From Octopus vulgaris (Eukaryota), in contig OX597842.1 in assembly GCA_951406725.2 (NCBI GenBank), positions 17,050,001 to 17,114,000 on the forward strand: 64,000 bases of DNA, in the 5' to 3' direction. Both the position numbers and the translations under genes were made by a program. Below the pieces are notes generated by a model, which did not search any database, had not been told where the DNA came from, and saw only the letters and a list, made by a program, of their open reading frames with translations. Positions 12,590 to 25,961 of the stretch are shown here, in pieces; the stretch's first letter is position 1; each line of letters begins with the position of its first letter.

Positions 12590-15500
12590 ATCCATAAAAA
12601 TGTTCTAGCCCGAAGGCCGCGGCCACGCTGGGGCACCACCACTGAATGAGCTACACTAATATGTGAATCCACCTCTGATACGTGGCACTTGATCAACAAG
12701 GGAGTACGATGCTGCTGCCCGCATCTGCGTCTCCTGTCGTGAGGTAGGTTCATCTGGGACTCCCGACAAGAAGAGATCCAGTTTAGTTTTAAAGAAACCC
12801 ACATCCACACTATGTAAGTCTCTCAGGCATTTAGGGAGGATGTTAAAGAGCTTTGGTCCTCTGAAAACCAAGCTGTTGCAGTATCTGGATCTGTATTTTG
12901 ATGGTGATGTTGGAATCTTTGGCACCATGCAGTGGCGCCCCGTTCTGCGGGGGGGGGGGGGGTAACTTTGAATGCCAAAGTTTGGGACAAGACCCTCCAG
13001 GATTTTCCAGATGTATATCACTGCATATCTCCCCCGCCTCCGCTCCAGGGAGAAAAGGTTTAATACTTTCAGTCTTTCCCAGTAGCTGATATTTTGCATT
13101 GAGACGAGCTTTTTTATGTAGCTTCTCTGAATTGCTTCGAGTTCTGCTGTTAGTTTTATATTGTGTGGTGACCATAGTTGGGAGCAGTAGTCCAAGCGGC
13201 TGAGGACGAATGTTTTCCAGTGGACCATCAGTGTCTCCTCTCTTCTTCTGAAAGTTCGGAGAATCCATCAAGCTAGCCGTCTGCATTTTATCACCAGATT
13301 AGCAATATGCACTTGGAAAGATGCATCATTGCTCATGTCAGTGCCAAGGTCACGCACTGATTTTGACTCAGGGATTGCAATTATTCTTGGGCCAGTGTAT
13401 CCCAGTCTGCACGTCGTTTACCTTTGTGTGCCGATAGCGCAGGGCCTGGAACTTACCTGCATTAAACTGCATGTTGTTGTCCTCAGCCCACCTGTATATT
13501 GTATCCAACTCCTGTTGCAGATGCGCAATATTTTCAGGGTTTTGTATTGTGTGGGAGACTTTTGTGTCATCTGCATAGCTAGCAAGGGTGGCCATCGTAA
13601 CAACTGAAGGCATGTCTGAAAGGGCCACTATGAACAGCAGTGGCCCCAAGACAGTGCCCTGTGGAACACCGCTTGTTATTTATGTTTCCTTGGAGGTGGC
13701 TCCATTGCTCACAACTGCCTGTCTTCTGTCTTTTAGGAGTTTGTGCAGCCACTCTCCAAGTTTTCCGCCTAAGTCGAGATATATTACATCCACATTTGAG
13801 CCATTTAGTAGCTGTTTTAACACCCAGTCATAGTGTTGCAGGAGCTGTGTTAGGCAACTTCTACCTGATCGAAATCCATGCTGGGTGTCAGACAGCAAGT
13901 CATTTTCTTCAAGGAACCTGATTAGTTTCTTGCGGACTATTCGTTCCATGACTTTGCTGATGTGTGAGGTCAGAGAGATTGGCCTATAATTTTTAGCATC
14001 TGCTCTGCTACCTCCCTTATGGATAGGGCATATTACACCCTCTTTCAATTTGACTAGGAGCTTACCACTTGCAAGAAAGCTCTGAAAAAGAAGTTGTAGC
14101 GGTTTTGCAAGCGATCGTTTGCACGATTTGAGAAGGATCGCTGGAAATCCATCAGGTCCAGCAGCTGAGTTTGTGTCAATCTCATCTATGGCTAGTGTGA
14201 TATCATCATCTTCAATGTTGTTGTACTCAATTTTTGCCTCTTTGGCCGCAGGTAAAGTGGCAAAGAATTCTCCTGGGTTGTTTACTTGCCTGTGTCCTAG
14301 AGATGTAGTGAACACACTTTGGAATTGTTCGTTCAGTATTTCACATATCCTCGTGGGATTTCCTGTGAGAGAGCCATCTTTTTGGAAGAGAGGTCATATT
14401 CTCTGGTGCACTGAGGCTGACTCTTTGGCAAACTTAAAGAAAGCTTTAGGGTTTGATTTTATATTTTCTATTACCCAAGCTTTTTTATCTGCTCTCTCTC
14501 CTTTTCATGGGACTGATGCAAACTTTTTTCAATTTCCATTAGCATTCTTTCGAGCCGAGACTTCTCACCACATTTGGTGTGCTTGCTCAGGCGGTTCGCA
14601 ATCCTTGTCCGTCGTCTCATAAGAATCTTCCTTTCTCTAGGGATCCTGTTTTTGTTTTTGTGTGTGCTGGCCCTGCACACTGGGACATATTTGTCACACA
14701 TGGCTTGTATTATGGACATGAAGTGTTTGTGTTTCATATTAATGCCCGGTGTGGAGAGACATTTAGGCCAATCCTGTTTGAGGATCTCTTTCTCAATCAA
14801 CTTCCAGTTTGCTTTATGAAAGTTTAAGTTGGAGAGATAGTGGATGCTTTGTATAGGCTGTGTGTCTACGGGGGCTTTTCCTCCATACATAGACAGCTCT
14901 ATTATGTTGTGATCCGAGATCATTGTCGGCATCACTTTAACATTATGAATAATATCCATATTGCTTGTGAAGCAGAGATCCAGTATATTATCTGCCCTTG
15001 TTGGTTGCAGAACTATTTGCTCCATGAAAGAGGCATTTGTGAGATGGAGCAGGGACTCTGCCTGTGCCTGCTGATGGTGTGTCTTCACTGAGAGCATCTG
15101 CCCCCCAGGCCATTCCACATTGGGGAAGCTAATATCAGCCATGAAGAATACACTATTGTGTTGTTCAAGGTTGGTGAGGACATCTCTTTTTGTTTGGCAG
15201 TCTTCAAATATGCCTGAGTGATTTGGGGCATCTGGTGGGCGATATGTAGTGCATATGACGAAATTCAGTTGTCTTATATGTACAATTTGAGTGTCACACA
15301 CTGAGTTTGGATATGACAACAGGACCTGGGCGTGAGGTCATCTCGGATGTACATTGCAACTCCACCATGACTCCTCCCATTTCTATTTGAGCGTATGACT
15401 GTATATTGCGGCATGTGTATTTCTGCATCCCTTATATCGGGTCCAAGATGCATTTCTGTGAGTGCCATACATATAGCTTGATTGCATGTCACAAGGTCTC

Positions 15501-15950
15501 TCAGGAATGAGATTTTCCTTTTACAGTTGCTGCAAGGCAGCCCTCCTACGTTCAGTAGAAATATTTTTGTGGTGTGTGTGTTGGTGTCTGTGGTGGCCAT
15601 CCTGCATCTGTTGGTGGTGGCCTTATGTGGTGGTAGTTCCAGCTTTATGCTTGTAGCCAGGTCAGCTGCTGAACAATTTTTTGTGCCATGCACAAAAAAG
15701 ATTGATGTTCAGCTGCTGCCCTTCTCACATCTAGGTGAAGCTGGCCATTTCTTGGGTTACCGCGCACCACATCCGCATATCGTCTTTGAGGAGTGGTCAG
15801 TGCGCTATTTTTCCTCCTTTTATATTTTTTCTTTATCTTTTTGTTCTCCCCAAGGGAAGTGATTTTTGTCTCGTGTCCGTGCGGTTTTGGTAGGGCTTCT
15901 GATGTGCAAAGCGACAGTTCGCAACTTCGACGCCGTACCAGCAGTCCCTC
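12590..15950 (-). mobile_element. Degenerate, frameshifted CR1-type LINE ORF2 (APE endonuclease + RT)
   Basis: Successive minus-strand ORFs: [63 protein letters not shown]. Confidence 0.9.
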
Positions 15951-16289
15951 TTCAGGTAGAATTTGCAGATATACTGCAATGATGTTTAGAAAGATAGAAA
16001 ATATACTAATAGCAAATAAATCACGATAAACTATAAATTGATTAGACTCAAGGTTGTTTATCGGAATCTGCAGCCGGAAAATATTAATTAATATTTCCAA
16101 TTTCTTCCTTCAAAATGGATAAAATAGTTTATATACAAAGTTCAAATACCTATTCGGATATTTCTTGTTTGGACTTGTTACTTCTCTGAAATTAATGATC
16201 ATTTCCCCGATTCTTAATAATCATTTTATTTGTGAGCTTATCATGACGTATTTCTCATTTTGATCGATAAACAACATTCATCAGGATGT

Positions 16290-16322
16290 GTGTGTATATG
16301 AGTGTGTACACGTGTATGTACA

Positions 16323-16372
<50 letters not shown>

Positions 16373-16525
16373 CGTAGGTTGGTCTGTGTGTTACTTCCTA
16401 ATTACATGGATCAGGGTTCGGCCCCACAGCGTGTCACCTTGCGAAAGGGCCTTTTTCTGCAGCCTCGCGTTGGTCAAAGCCCCAAAACCTGTTAGTGGAT
16501 TTGGAACTGGAAGGACCCGACGTCC

Positions 16526-16603
<78 letters not shown>

Positions 16604-16604
16604 A

Positions 16605-16661
<57 letters not shown>

Positions 16662-16882
16662 GCATATATATGTATAGGTATATATATGTATGTATATGTA
16701 TATATAAATATGTATATATACAAGTATCTATATATATATATATCTATATATATGTATATATACATATATATATATATGTATATATATATATGTATATATT
16801 TGTGTGTGCATATATAAATTATTTTATTAATTTTTATTATTATAGAAATAATAATAATAATAATAATAGTAATAGTAATAAT

Positions 16883-16916
<34 letters not shown>

Positions 16917-17075
16917 TAATAAAATAATCATAATAATAATAATATTAACAGTAATAATAATAGTAATAATATTAATAATAATTATAATAATAATATTAAT
17001 AATAATATTATTAATAATAATAATAATAATAATATTAATAATAATATTATTAATAATAATAATAATAATAGTATG
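16290..17075 (+). repeat. Core-less copy of the tandem-unit module: SINE relic (16369-16525) + (TATC)n + (TA)n + (AAT)n
   Basis: Same derived SINE sequence as in the array units, with no adjacent core. Confidence 0.8.
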
Positions 17076-17184
17076 TTAGTCGGCACCTAACTGTATTGAA
17101 AAGTAGCCATCTCCTTGGTTTCGTAGACTTCATTCACCATACTTTACTGTGTTTCATGACAAGGAGAGAGCCTACTCCCTGAGC

Positions 17185-17566
17185 AGTTACTCTCTTTACT
17201 CTTTACTCTTTTACTTGTTTCAGTCATTTGACTGCGGCCATGCTGAAGCACCGCCTTTAGTCGAGCAAATCGACCCCGGGACTTATTCTTTGTAAGCCCA
17301 GTATTTATTCTATCGGTCTCTTTTGCCGAACCGCTAAGTGACGGGGACGTAAACCCACCAGCATCGGTTGTCAAGCAATGCTAGGGGGACAAACACACAC
17401 ACATACATATATATATATACATATACGACAGGCTTCTTTCAGTTTCCGTCTACCAAATCCACTCACAAGGCATTGGTCGGCCCGGGGCTATAGCAGAAGA
17501 CACTTGCCCAAGATGCCACGCAGTGGGACTGAACCCGGAGCCATGTTGTTGGTTAGCAAGCTACTT
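17185..17566 (-). mobile_element. tRNA-derived SINE, body and 3' part; its 5' head is displaced to 19618-19653
   Basis: B box GGTTCAGTCC and body gcaccttgggcaagtgtcttc...gacggaaactgaaagaagc; same family as 63702-63860. Confidence 0.9.
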
Positions 17567-19617
17567 TATTTCAAAACATTTGCTATAAAGGCAGTACACA
17601 GATTAAGTTAGCTTTGCGGGCTGGACGAGGACATTAATGAAGTGAATGATAATGAAAGACAGATGATAAGGATGGGAGAAGACAAAAAGCGCCCGCCGAC
17701 TTTCGCTTCTCTAAAACATTGTTCTTTTTAAAGATAAACACAAAACGAGGTATTAAACCTCTTACAATTTTTCCAATTTTTGGACTTAGCAGTCCATTAT
17801 TAATACAAATGCAAGACGAGGTATTAAACCTCTTTCAACTTTTCAATTTTTAGACTTAGAAGTCCATTATTAATACTAACAGTTCAATAATTACATATCG
17901 TCCTCGAAATAGCTTGTGCCCGCGCCCTCCACCATCAAACACGCCTCCCTCAGAACGTAATCAAGTTCCGAGTTCGCGTCGCCCGGGACCAAGCTATAAT
18001 CTTCATTGAGCTCCTTTAGCCCAAGCGTCACGTCGAACGCCACGGCCTCCACAGCTATCTGCGGAGGCCATTCGGGGTCCTGTGTGAAGGCTAAAGGTGC
18101 TCCCTTGTGGTACTCTTCCATCATTTTTTTTTTCAATTTCTCCTCCTCTATAGAAGAGGACCAATACGTTCAGTTCTTTCGTTGGCGGCACAGTTCCCGC
18201 CAACGTCTGCGGCTCATGGATATCAGCCGCCCGACCTCTCTTTCTTTTTCTCCTCCTTCTTTTTGGGGAGACTGCTGACCCAGGGGACTCCGTCACCAGA
18301 CACGGGGGATCGCTATCCCCCTCCGCCACCTGAGTGTTCTTTGGCGAGCAACCATTGTTGCTCACCTGTCTCTTTCTTTTCGTGGAGGCAACCTCCTCCA
18401 CGACTTCCACCGTCTCCCCCTCCAATGAGGGGGCGGCGGGCGCCTTTTCCCCTTCATGCTCCGGGGCACCACCACGGCCCCCAGGACAATTCCTCTTGAT
18501 ATGTCCGGGCTTCAGGCACAGGTGACACTTGGGGGGGGCGTCCCTCGAGTATCACCGAGTACCTGTGCCCAGCCATTCTCAGGAAGTCCGGGAATTTCAT
18601 TTCTCCCACGGCCACCGGTGTCCACAGGGTCAAAGTTGCCTTTGACCCCTCCCAGGCGACCGCGGGAGCCATTTTCACACTCAGTAGCCTGGGTCCGCTA
18701 TCCCCCAGGCCTCGCCGGATGGTCTTCTCGATCCATTCCGCCTCCGTGCCCGGGGGCAGCCCACAAACCCAGGTTCTTTTTACTTTTCTGCCACAATACG
18801 AGGGGAGGAACAAAATTTCCTCTCCCTCCAGTGGCTCGCTAGCAAATCTGCTAGCTTCCTCGGGGGTACCAAACAGCAACCACACCGTTGCAAATTTAGT
18901 CCCCCGAGAAATAAACTTTATCGTTAGTAGGTGGTCCCCCAACTCTTTCTCTATGGTGCTCCTGTCGAAGAGGGCGATAGCTCCACGCGACCTAGAATAG
19001 GTTCGTAGGACCACCGTCCTCTTCTCAAGACTTTCAATCCACTGCTTGGGTGGGACAACCTCCCATTCCAAAGCAGTGGTTTCTTTTGTTGCCATGATTT
19101 TGAAAAAAGTTCAACTAAAAGTTCAAAGTCCAATAAGAAAAAAACACAATGACAGAACAGAAAGACAGAGCAGAGAAAATGACGAAGGAAGACAGTTCAA
19201 ATAATGGCAACACAGTTCTGCAACTGGGAATCCTCACGAAACAGGGTACTCCTAGTTGCAGCACACTTGGTTCTCCGTGGTAAATCCAAGCACAATTGGT
19301 TCTCCGTGGTAAATCCAAGCGAACAAATTAATTTTTGAGGAGGGGCTATGCCTCCTTAAAATACACAATTCTCACTAAAAGGTGAGACAATAAATACGCC
19401 AACAGGCAGAACAAATACATCCGAAGCAAAGTGAAGCTTATTACTCGCAGAAAAGTGTTAACACTAATTAATATTAATGCCAAAAAAGTATTAACGGCAA
19501 GCAATAAACCTCACTATGCTTCCAAAAATATCCAAAATGTCCTACCTGTTGCAGTAAAATGTTCAATAATTCACGTTAACACGTGACATTTGCAGGAGCG
19601 AAAAAAAACGCGTCCGC
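17567..19617 (-). mobile_element. ORF1-only non-autonomous retroelement (HAL1/Tx1-like), copy A, inserted in a SINE head
   Basis: 18-bp TSD with 2 mismatches (17549-17566 / 19618-19635); single gag-like ORF; ends at AATAAA; homologous to 45744-47993. Confidence 0.85.
17891..19095 (-). pseudogene. ORF1/gag-like protein (~400 aa) with CX2CX4HX4C knuckle and acidic C-terminal domain; two homopolymer frameshifts
   Basis: ORFs 18454..19095, 18003..18425 and 17891..18136 join if the G8 run (18531-18538) and T-run (~18125-18133) are corrected; this restores EGRPPKCHLCLKPGHIKRNCP. Confidence 0.82.
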
Positions 19618-19653
19618 TTGGTGAGAAAGCTACTTACCACACAGCCACTCCTT
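19618..19653 (-). mobile_element. Displaced 5' head (A box) of the interrupted SINE
   Basis: Reverse complement AGGAGTGGCTGTGTGGTAAGTAGCTTTCTCACCAA. Confidence 0.88.
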
Positions 19654-20121
19654 GCTCAAAATATTAAGTATTACAACCATATATTTATCGTAAAATACTT
19701 CTCCCTTTCAGAAAAACACGTTTGGATAATGTTGTTCTTATTGCACGCTCTCAGTAGTTTCTTAGCTATAAAAAGTTACTAAATCAAACCTGTGGTTATA
19801 CAACAACAACAACAACACCAGCATGCCCAGATTCCAAGCTGTGCGTTATCCGTTAAAATGACATACACTTTTCTGAATCTGCTGATTCTACCCCAAATTA
19901 TTTCTTATTTATTCGTCATGTCAAAATAGTTTTAGATTTTTAATTCTGCAATATTTATTCCTGTTCTTACTTACGAGTAATATGTTTAAAGTAGATCAAC
20001 AAGAATTAAACCAACCTCAAGATATCATTAACTCCTTTATTGACCGAAAGCAAATCTGGTATTAACAGTAAATGTAATCTTGGTCAAATACAAACACACA
20101 AGGCAAGATTAAAGAAGTGTG

Positions 20122-20425
20122 GGGGCACATGGCATAGTGGTTAGAGCAGCGGACACTCGGTCGAGGGATCTGGGATACAAATCTCAGGCCGGGCGATGTA
20201 TGTGTTTATGAGCGAAATACCTAAGCTCTAGGTGACTCGGGCAGAAGATAATGGCGAACCTCTGCTGACTCTTTCGCCACAACTTTCTCTCACTCTTTCT
20301 TCCTGCATCTTGAATATCACCTGCGACGGATCGGCGTCTCATCCAAGTGGGGAACCTCTACGCCAAAGAAACCGGTAAACCGGCCCTAATGAGCCAAGCA
20401 TTACTCGAAAAGGATCAAACAACAA
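20122..20425 (+). mobile_element. tRNA-derived SINE of a second family
   Basis: GGGGCACATGGCATAGTGGTTAGAGC (A box), degenerate B box, (AAC)n tail. Confidence 0.7.
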
Positions 20426-21586
20426 TAGTAAAGAAGCTTGCTAATTACAAAGGGAGTTTGTAACATTCATGCTTTTCTCAAGGAACATTATCAATACTTA
20501 TATAAATCAAATTACAATCCTAATCAAGGCTTTATTTCATAAAAAAACTTAACTCCTTTCTTGTACGCGTTGACCACACCACTTTCGATGGCATTGAGTA
20601 TAAATTATCTAGCGCATAATTAAAAATTTAAAGCTATCGATATATTGCCAAGTTAAAATAAAATCGTTTCACTCACCATGCATCCAAACGCAGTAGACTT
20701 CTTTCAAGCGGTTTATTTTCTAAGATCGATGGATAGAAACAGTTGCTGTTGATAACCTAACAAAGCTACGGGTAAAACTGATAATTTACTTACCTTCTGA
20801 AGAGCAAAGCATTCTAGAGGGAAAGAGAAACGAATATCAGAACTGGAATTTAAGAACTTATTTAACGAAAAGTAAATTTACCTGGAGTAAGAGGGAAAGA
20901 AAGTTCAAGTTGGCCATCGATTTTATAAGAGTGGAAGAACTCGTGAGAGATTGTTTTAAAGATATCGTCTTTTCGAAGGCAATGCCAAAAGAAATAAACT
21001 ATGAAATATCCTGAATTTATTCTTAAATTATCAGAACGAAGAGAATAGAAATAAATAAAAGAAAGCTTGTTTATCGAGACTAGGAAAAGGGGACGTTAAA
21101 AGGCAGAAGCTTATTGTTTGCAGTGGGACACGTCTTGTTGGTCGATTTTGCAACTAAATGTAAAGTGTACTTAACGATCTCTGGAATAGTCATGAATCTT
21201 AAAGTTAAGTGAATTAATAATATTAAGAATGAAAAGAGAGAGAATTACTGAAATTGTTTTTATTATTCTCTGATATAAAATACTGTAGCTGACTTGTGCT
21301 TTTATTTCACTCGGTTTACCATTTTCATTTTCCACTTCCGATGAGAATGGAGAGGACAGAGATGGATTTGTAGAAGTCATGGATCGACTGATCAACTATC
21401 CTTTCTACTCTGTCTTGAAACTTAACGTTCTGATTTCGAATTTTGCTGTGATTTATGATTTAATGCAGATAGATAGATTTAAAATAAAGAAATAGATATG
21501 AAAAAAGGGTAATAAGTGTTAGGATAGTGATTAGCTAGCTTTTGTGTGTGTATGCATGTGTGTACATGTGTGTATTTATGCGCATA

Positions 21587-21639
<53 letters not shown>

Positions 21640-22126
21640 GTAGGTGGTTTGTTTGTTACTTCCTAATTACATGGATCCGGGTTCGGCCCCACAGCGTGTT
21701 ACCTTGCGAAAGTGCCTCTTCTGCAGCCTCGGGTTGGTCAAAGCCCCAAAACCTGAAAGTAGATTCGGAACTAGAAGGACCCACGTTCATCTATCTAACT
21801 ATCTGTCTATCTATCTATGAATCTATCTATCTATCTATATGTATATATGTATATATGTATATATATGTATACACATATATATCTATCTAAATATACATAT
21901 ATGTATACACAAATCCATGTATATATAAATATATACATATATGTATATCATATGTATGTATACATATGTATATATACAAATATATATACATATGTATACT
22001 TAAATGTATATATATGAAGATATATATACTTATGTGTATATATAGTTATAGATATATGTATGTATGTATGTATATATATGTATATGCATATATATGTATA
22101 TGTATATATATGTATATATACAAGGT

Positions 22127-22177
<51 letters not shown>

Positions 22178-22327
22178 GTATATATACATGTATATATATA
22201 TATATGTATATATATATGTGTGTATGGATATAAAAATTATTTTTATTATGTTATTATTATTATTATTAATATAGAAATAATAATAATAGTAATAATAATA
22301 ATGGTAATAATAATTTTTAAAAATAAT

Positions 22328-22358
<31 letters not shown>

Positions 22359-22459
22359 TTGATAATAATAATAATAATAATGTTAATAATAATAATAATT
22401 ATAATATTAATAGTAATAATAATAATATTAATAATAATGATAATAATAATAATAATAAT

Positions 22460-23017
22460 AAATGCCCTGATGCAGTACCAGGCAGTGGCTCTCATGGCTT
22501 CTGATCTTAACTGATTGGAAGTGTTATCATGTACATTGTTTTGTCTTGGTATAAAAGTTGGGCTACAGCAAATATTCTGCTCAATACCACAGATTTGGTT
22601 GTTAGTTGTTTGACATTAACCAGTTGAGCATGTCCCTTAGTGGCTGACGATATGTGCATTTCTGATCACGAGCAGAAGTACTGGGGAAGCATCATAGCCA
22701 TGTGTTGAGAGGGATGCTTTGGGGTTTGAATAGTTCACCTCTGGAAACATGGGTGGTTCTTTCAACATCCTTAAACAACCCTTATTCAGGGACCGTTTGA
22801 GCGGGATGGGCTACTCAACCTGAAGAAAATTCTAACTGGGCCCCACCTGCAAGGTGATGTGCTGTTTATCTTGATATGAGATCACCTTGTCGCGCACATA
22901 TGGTTGTGATGCATGTGCCTGGTGTACCTTTATCAGACGGGTAGTCATGATGGGTATATAGGGCTTCGTATATTTTACCCCAGTGTCACTTTGATGGCAT
23001 GAACATCTCTCTCATTC
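22460..23017 (-). mobile_element. ~560-bp non-coding element embedded in (AAT)n; copies at 25258-25815, 27995-28552, 30765-31322, 33484-34041 and 41753-42197 (truncated)
   Basis: Discrete, higher-GC block with identical borders in each unit; absent from left-block units. Strand is inferred from the gggcattt(att)n end. Confidence 0.75.
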
Positions 23018-23032
23018 AATAATAATAATATA

Positions 23033-23071
<39 letters not shown>

Positions 23072-23099
23072 TAATAATAATAATAATAACATTAATAAT

Positions 23100-23206
<107 letters not shown>

Positions 23207-24346
23207 TAATAATAATAATAAGAAGAATAATAACAATAACAATAGTAATATTATTTCAATCCTAATCAAGGCTTTATTTCATAAAAAGTTTTACTCCTTT
23301 CTTGTACTCGATGACCACACCACTTTCCATGGCATTGAGTATAAACTATCTAGCGCATAATTAAAAATTTAAAGCTATCGATATATTGCCAAGTTAAAAT
23401 AAAATCGTTTCGCTCACCATGCATTCAAACGCAGTAGACATCTTTCAAGCGGTTTATTTACTAAGATCGATGGATAGAAACAGATGCTGTTGAGAACCTA
23501 ACAAAACTACGGCTAAAAATGATAATTTACTTATCTTCTGAAGAGCAAAGCATTCTGGAGAGAAAGGAAAACGAATATAAGACCTGGAATTTAAGAACTT
23601 ATTTAACGAAAAGTGAAATTACCTGGTGACGACTTCTGGAGTAAGAGAGAAAAAAGTTCAAGTTGGCCAGCGATTTTATAAGAGTGGGAGAACTCGGGAG
23701 GGATTGCTTTAAAGACATTGTCTTTACGAAATCAATGCAAAAAGAAATCAACTGTGAAATATCCTGAATTTATTCTTAAATTATCAGAACGAAGAGAATA
23801 GAAATAAATAAAAGAAAGCTTGTTTATCGAGACTAGGAAAAGGGGACGTTAAAAGGCAGAAGCTTATTGTTTGCAGTGGGACACGTCTTGTTGGTCGATT
23901 TTGCAACTAAAAGTAAAGTGTACTTAACGATCTCTGGAATAGTCATGAATTTTAAAGGTAAGTGAATTAATGATATTAAGAATGAAAAGAGAGATAATTA
24001 CTGAAATTGTTTTATAATTCTATAACATAAAAAACTGTATCTGACTTGTGCTTTTATTATACTCGGTTTACCATTTTCATTTTCCACCTCCGATGAGAAT
24101 GGACAGGACGGAGATGGATTTGTAGAAGTCATGGATCGACTGATCAACTATCCTTTCTACTTTGTCTTGAAACTTAACGTGCTGATTTCGAATTTTGCTG
24201 TGATTTATGATTTAATGCAGATAGACAGATTTAAAATACAGAAATACATACGAAAATAGGGTAATAAGTGTTAGGATAGTGATTAGCTACCTTTTGTGTG
24301 TGTATGCATGCGTGTACATGTGTGTGTGTATTTATGCGCATATATA

Positions 24347-24431
<85 letters not shown>

Positions 24432-24916
24432 CGGTAGGTGGTTTGTGTGTTACTTCCTAATTACATGGATCCGGTTTCGGCCCCACAGCGTGTCACCTTG
24501 CGAAAGTGCCTCCTCTGCAGCCTCGGGTTGGTCAAAGCCCCAAAACCTGAAAGTAGATTCGGAACTAGAAGGACCCGCGTTCATCTATCTAACTATATGT
24601 CTATCTATCTATCAATCTATTTATCTATCTACCTGTATATATGTATATATGTATATATATGTATACACACATATATATCTAAATATACATATATATATAC
24701 ACAAATCCATATATATATAAATATATACATATATGTATATCATATGTATGTGTACATATGTACATATACATATATATATACATATATATACTTAAATGTA
24801 TATATATGAAGATATATATACTTATGTGTATATATAGTTATAGATATATGTATGTATGTATATATATGTATATGCATATATATGTATATGTATATATATG
24901 TATATATTCAAGGTTA

Positions 24917-24950
<34 letters not shown>

Positions 24951-25036
24951 CATATATATATATGTATATATACATGTATATATATATATATATGTATATA
25001 TATATGTGTGTATGGATATAAAAATTATTTTTATAA

Positions 25037-25073
<37 letters not shown>

Positions 25074-25827
25074 GAAATAATAATAATAATAGTAATAATA
25101 ATAATGGTAATAATAATTTTAAAAAAATAATTATAATAATAATAATAATAATAATATTGATAATAATAATAATAATAATGTTAATAATAATAATAATTAT
25201 AATATTAATAGTAATAATAATAATATTAATAATAATGATAATAATAAAAATAATAATAAATGCCCTGATGCAGTACCAGGCAGTGGCTCTCATGGCTTCT
25301 GATCTTAACTGATTGGAAGTGTTATCATGTACATTCTTTTGTCTTGGTATAAAAGTTGGGCTACAGCAAATATTCTGCTCAATACCACAGATTTGGTTGT
25401 TAGTTGTTTGACCTTAACCAGTTGAGCATGTCCCTTAGTGGCTGACGATATGTGCATTTCTGATCACGAGCAGAAGTAGTGGGGAAGCATCATAGCCATG
25501 TGTTGAGAGGGATTCTTTGGGGTTTGAATAGTTCACCTCAGGAAACATGGGTGGTTCTTTCAACATCCTAAAACAACCCTTATTCAGGGACCGTTTGAGC
25601 GGGATGGGCTACTCAACCTGAAGAAAATTCTAACTGGGCCCCACCTGCAAGGTGATGTGCTGTTTATTTTGATATGAGATCACCATGTCGCGCACATATG
25701 GTTGTGATGCATGTGCCTGGTGTAACTTTATCAGACGGGTAGTCATGATGGGTATATTGGGCTTCGTATATTTTACCCCAGTGTCACTTTGATGGCATGA
25801 ACTGCTCTCTCACTCAATAATAATAAT

Positions 25828-25858
<31 letters not shown>

Positions 25859-25927
25859 TTAATAATTATAATAATATTAATAATATTAATAATAATAATA
25901 ATAATATTAATAATAATAATAATAATG

Positions 25928-25961
<34 letters not shown>

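Noticed and set aside
21636-21787. Recurrent '[26 protein letters not shown]' peptide
   Set aside because: It is the translation of a decayed copy of the tRNA-derived SINE inside each unit.
23528-23580. CTGAAGA...GAAA in the core as a hammerhead ribozyme
   Set aside because: No stem II closing directly before GAAA and no convincing stems I/III.
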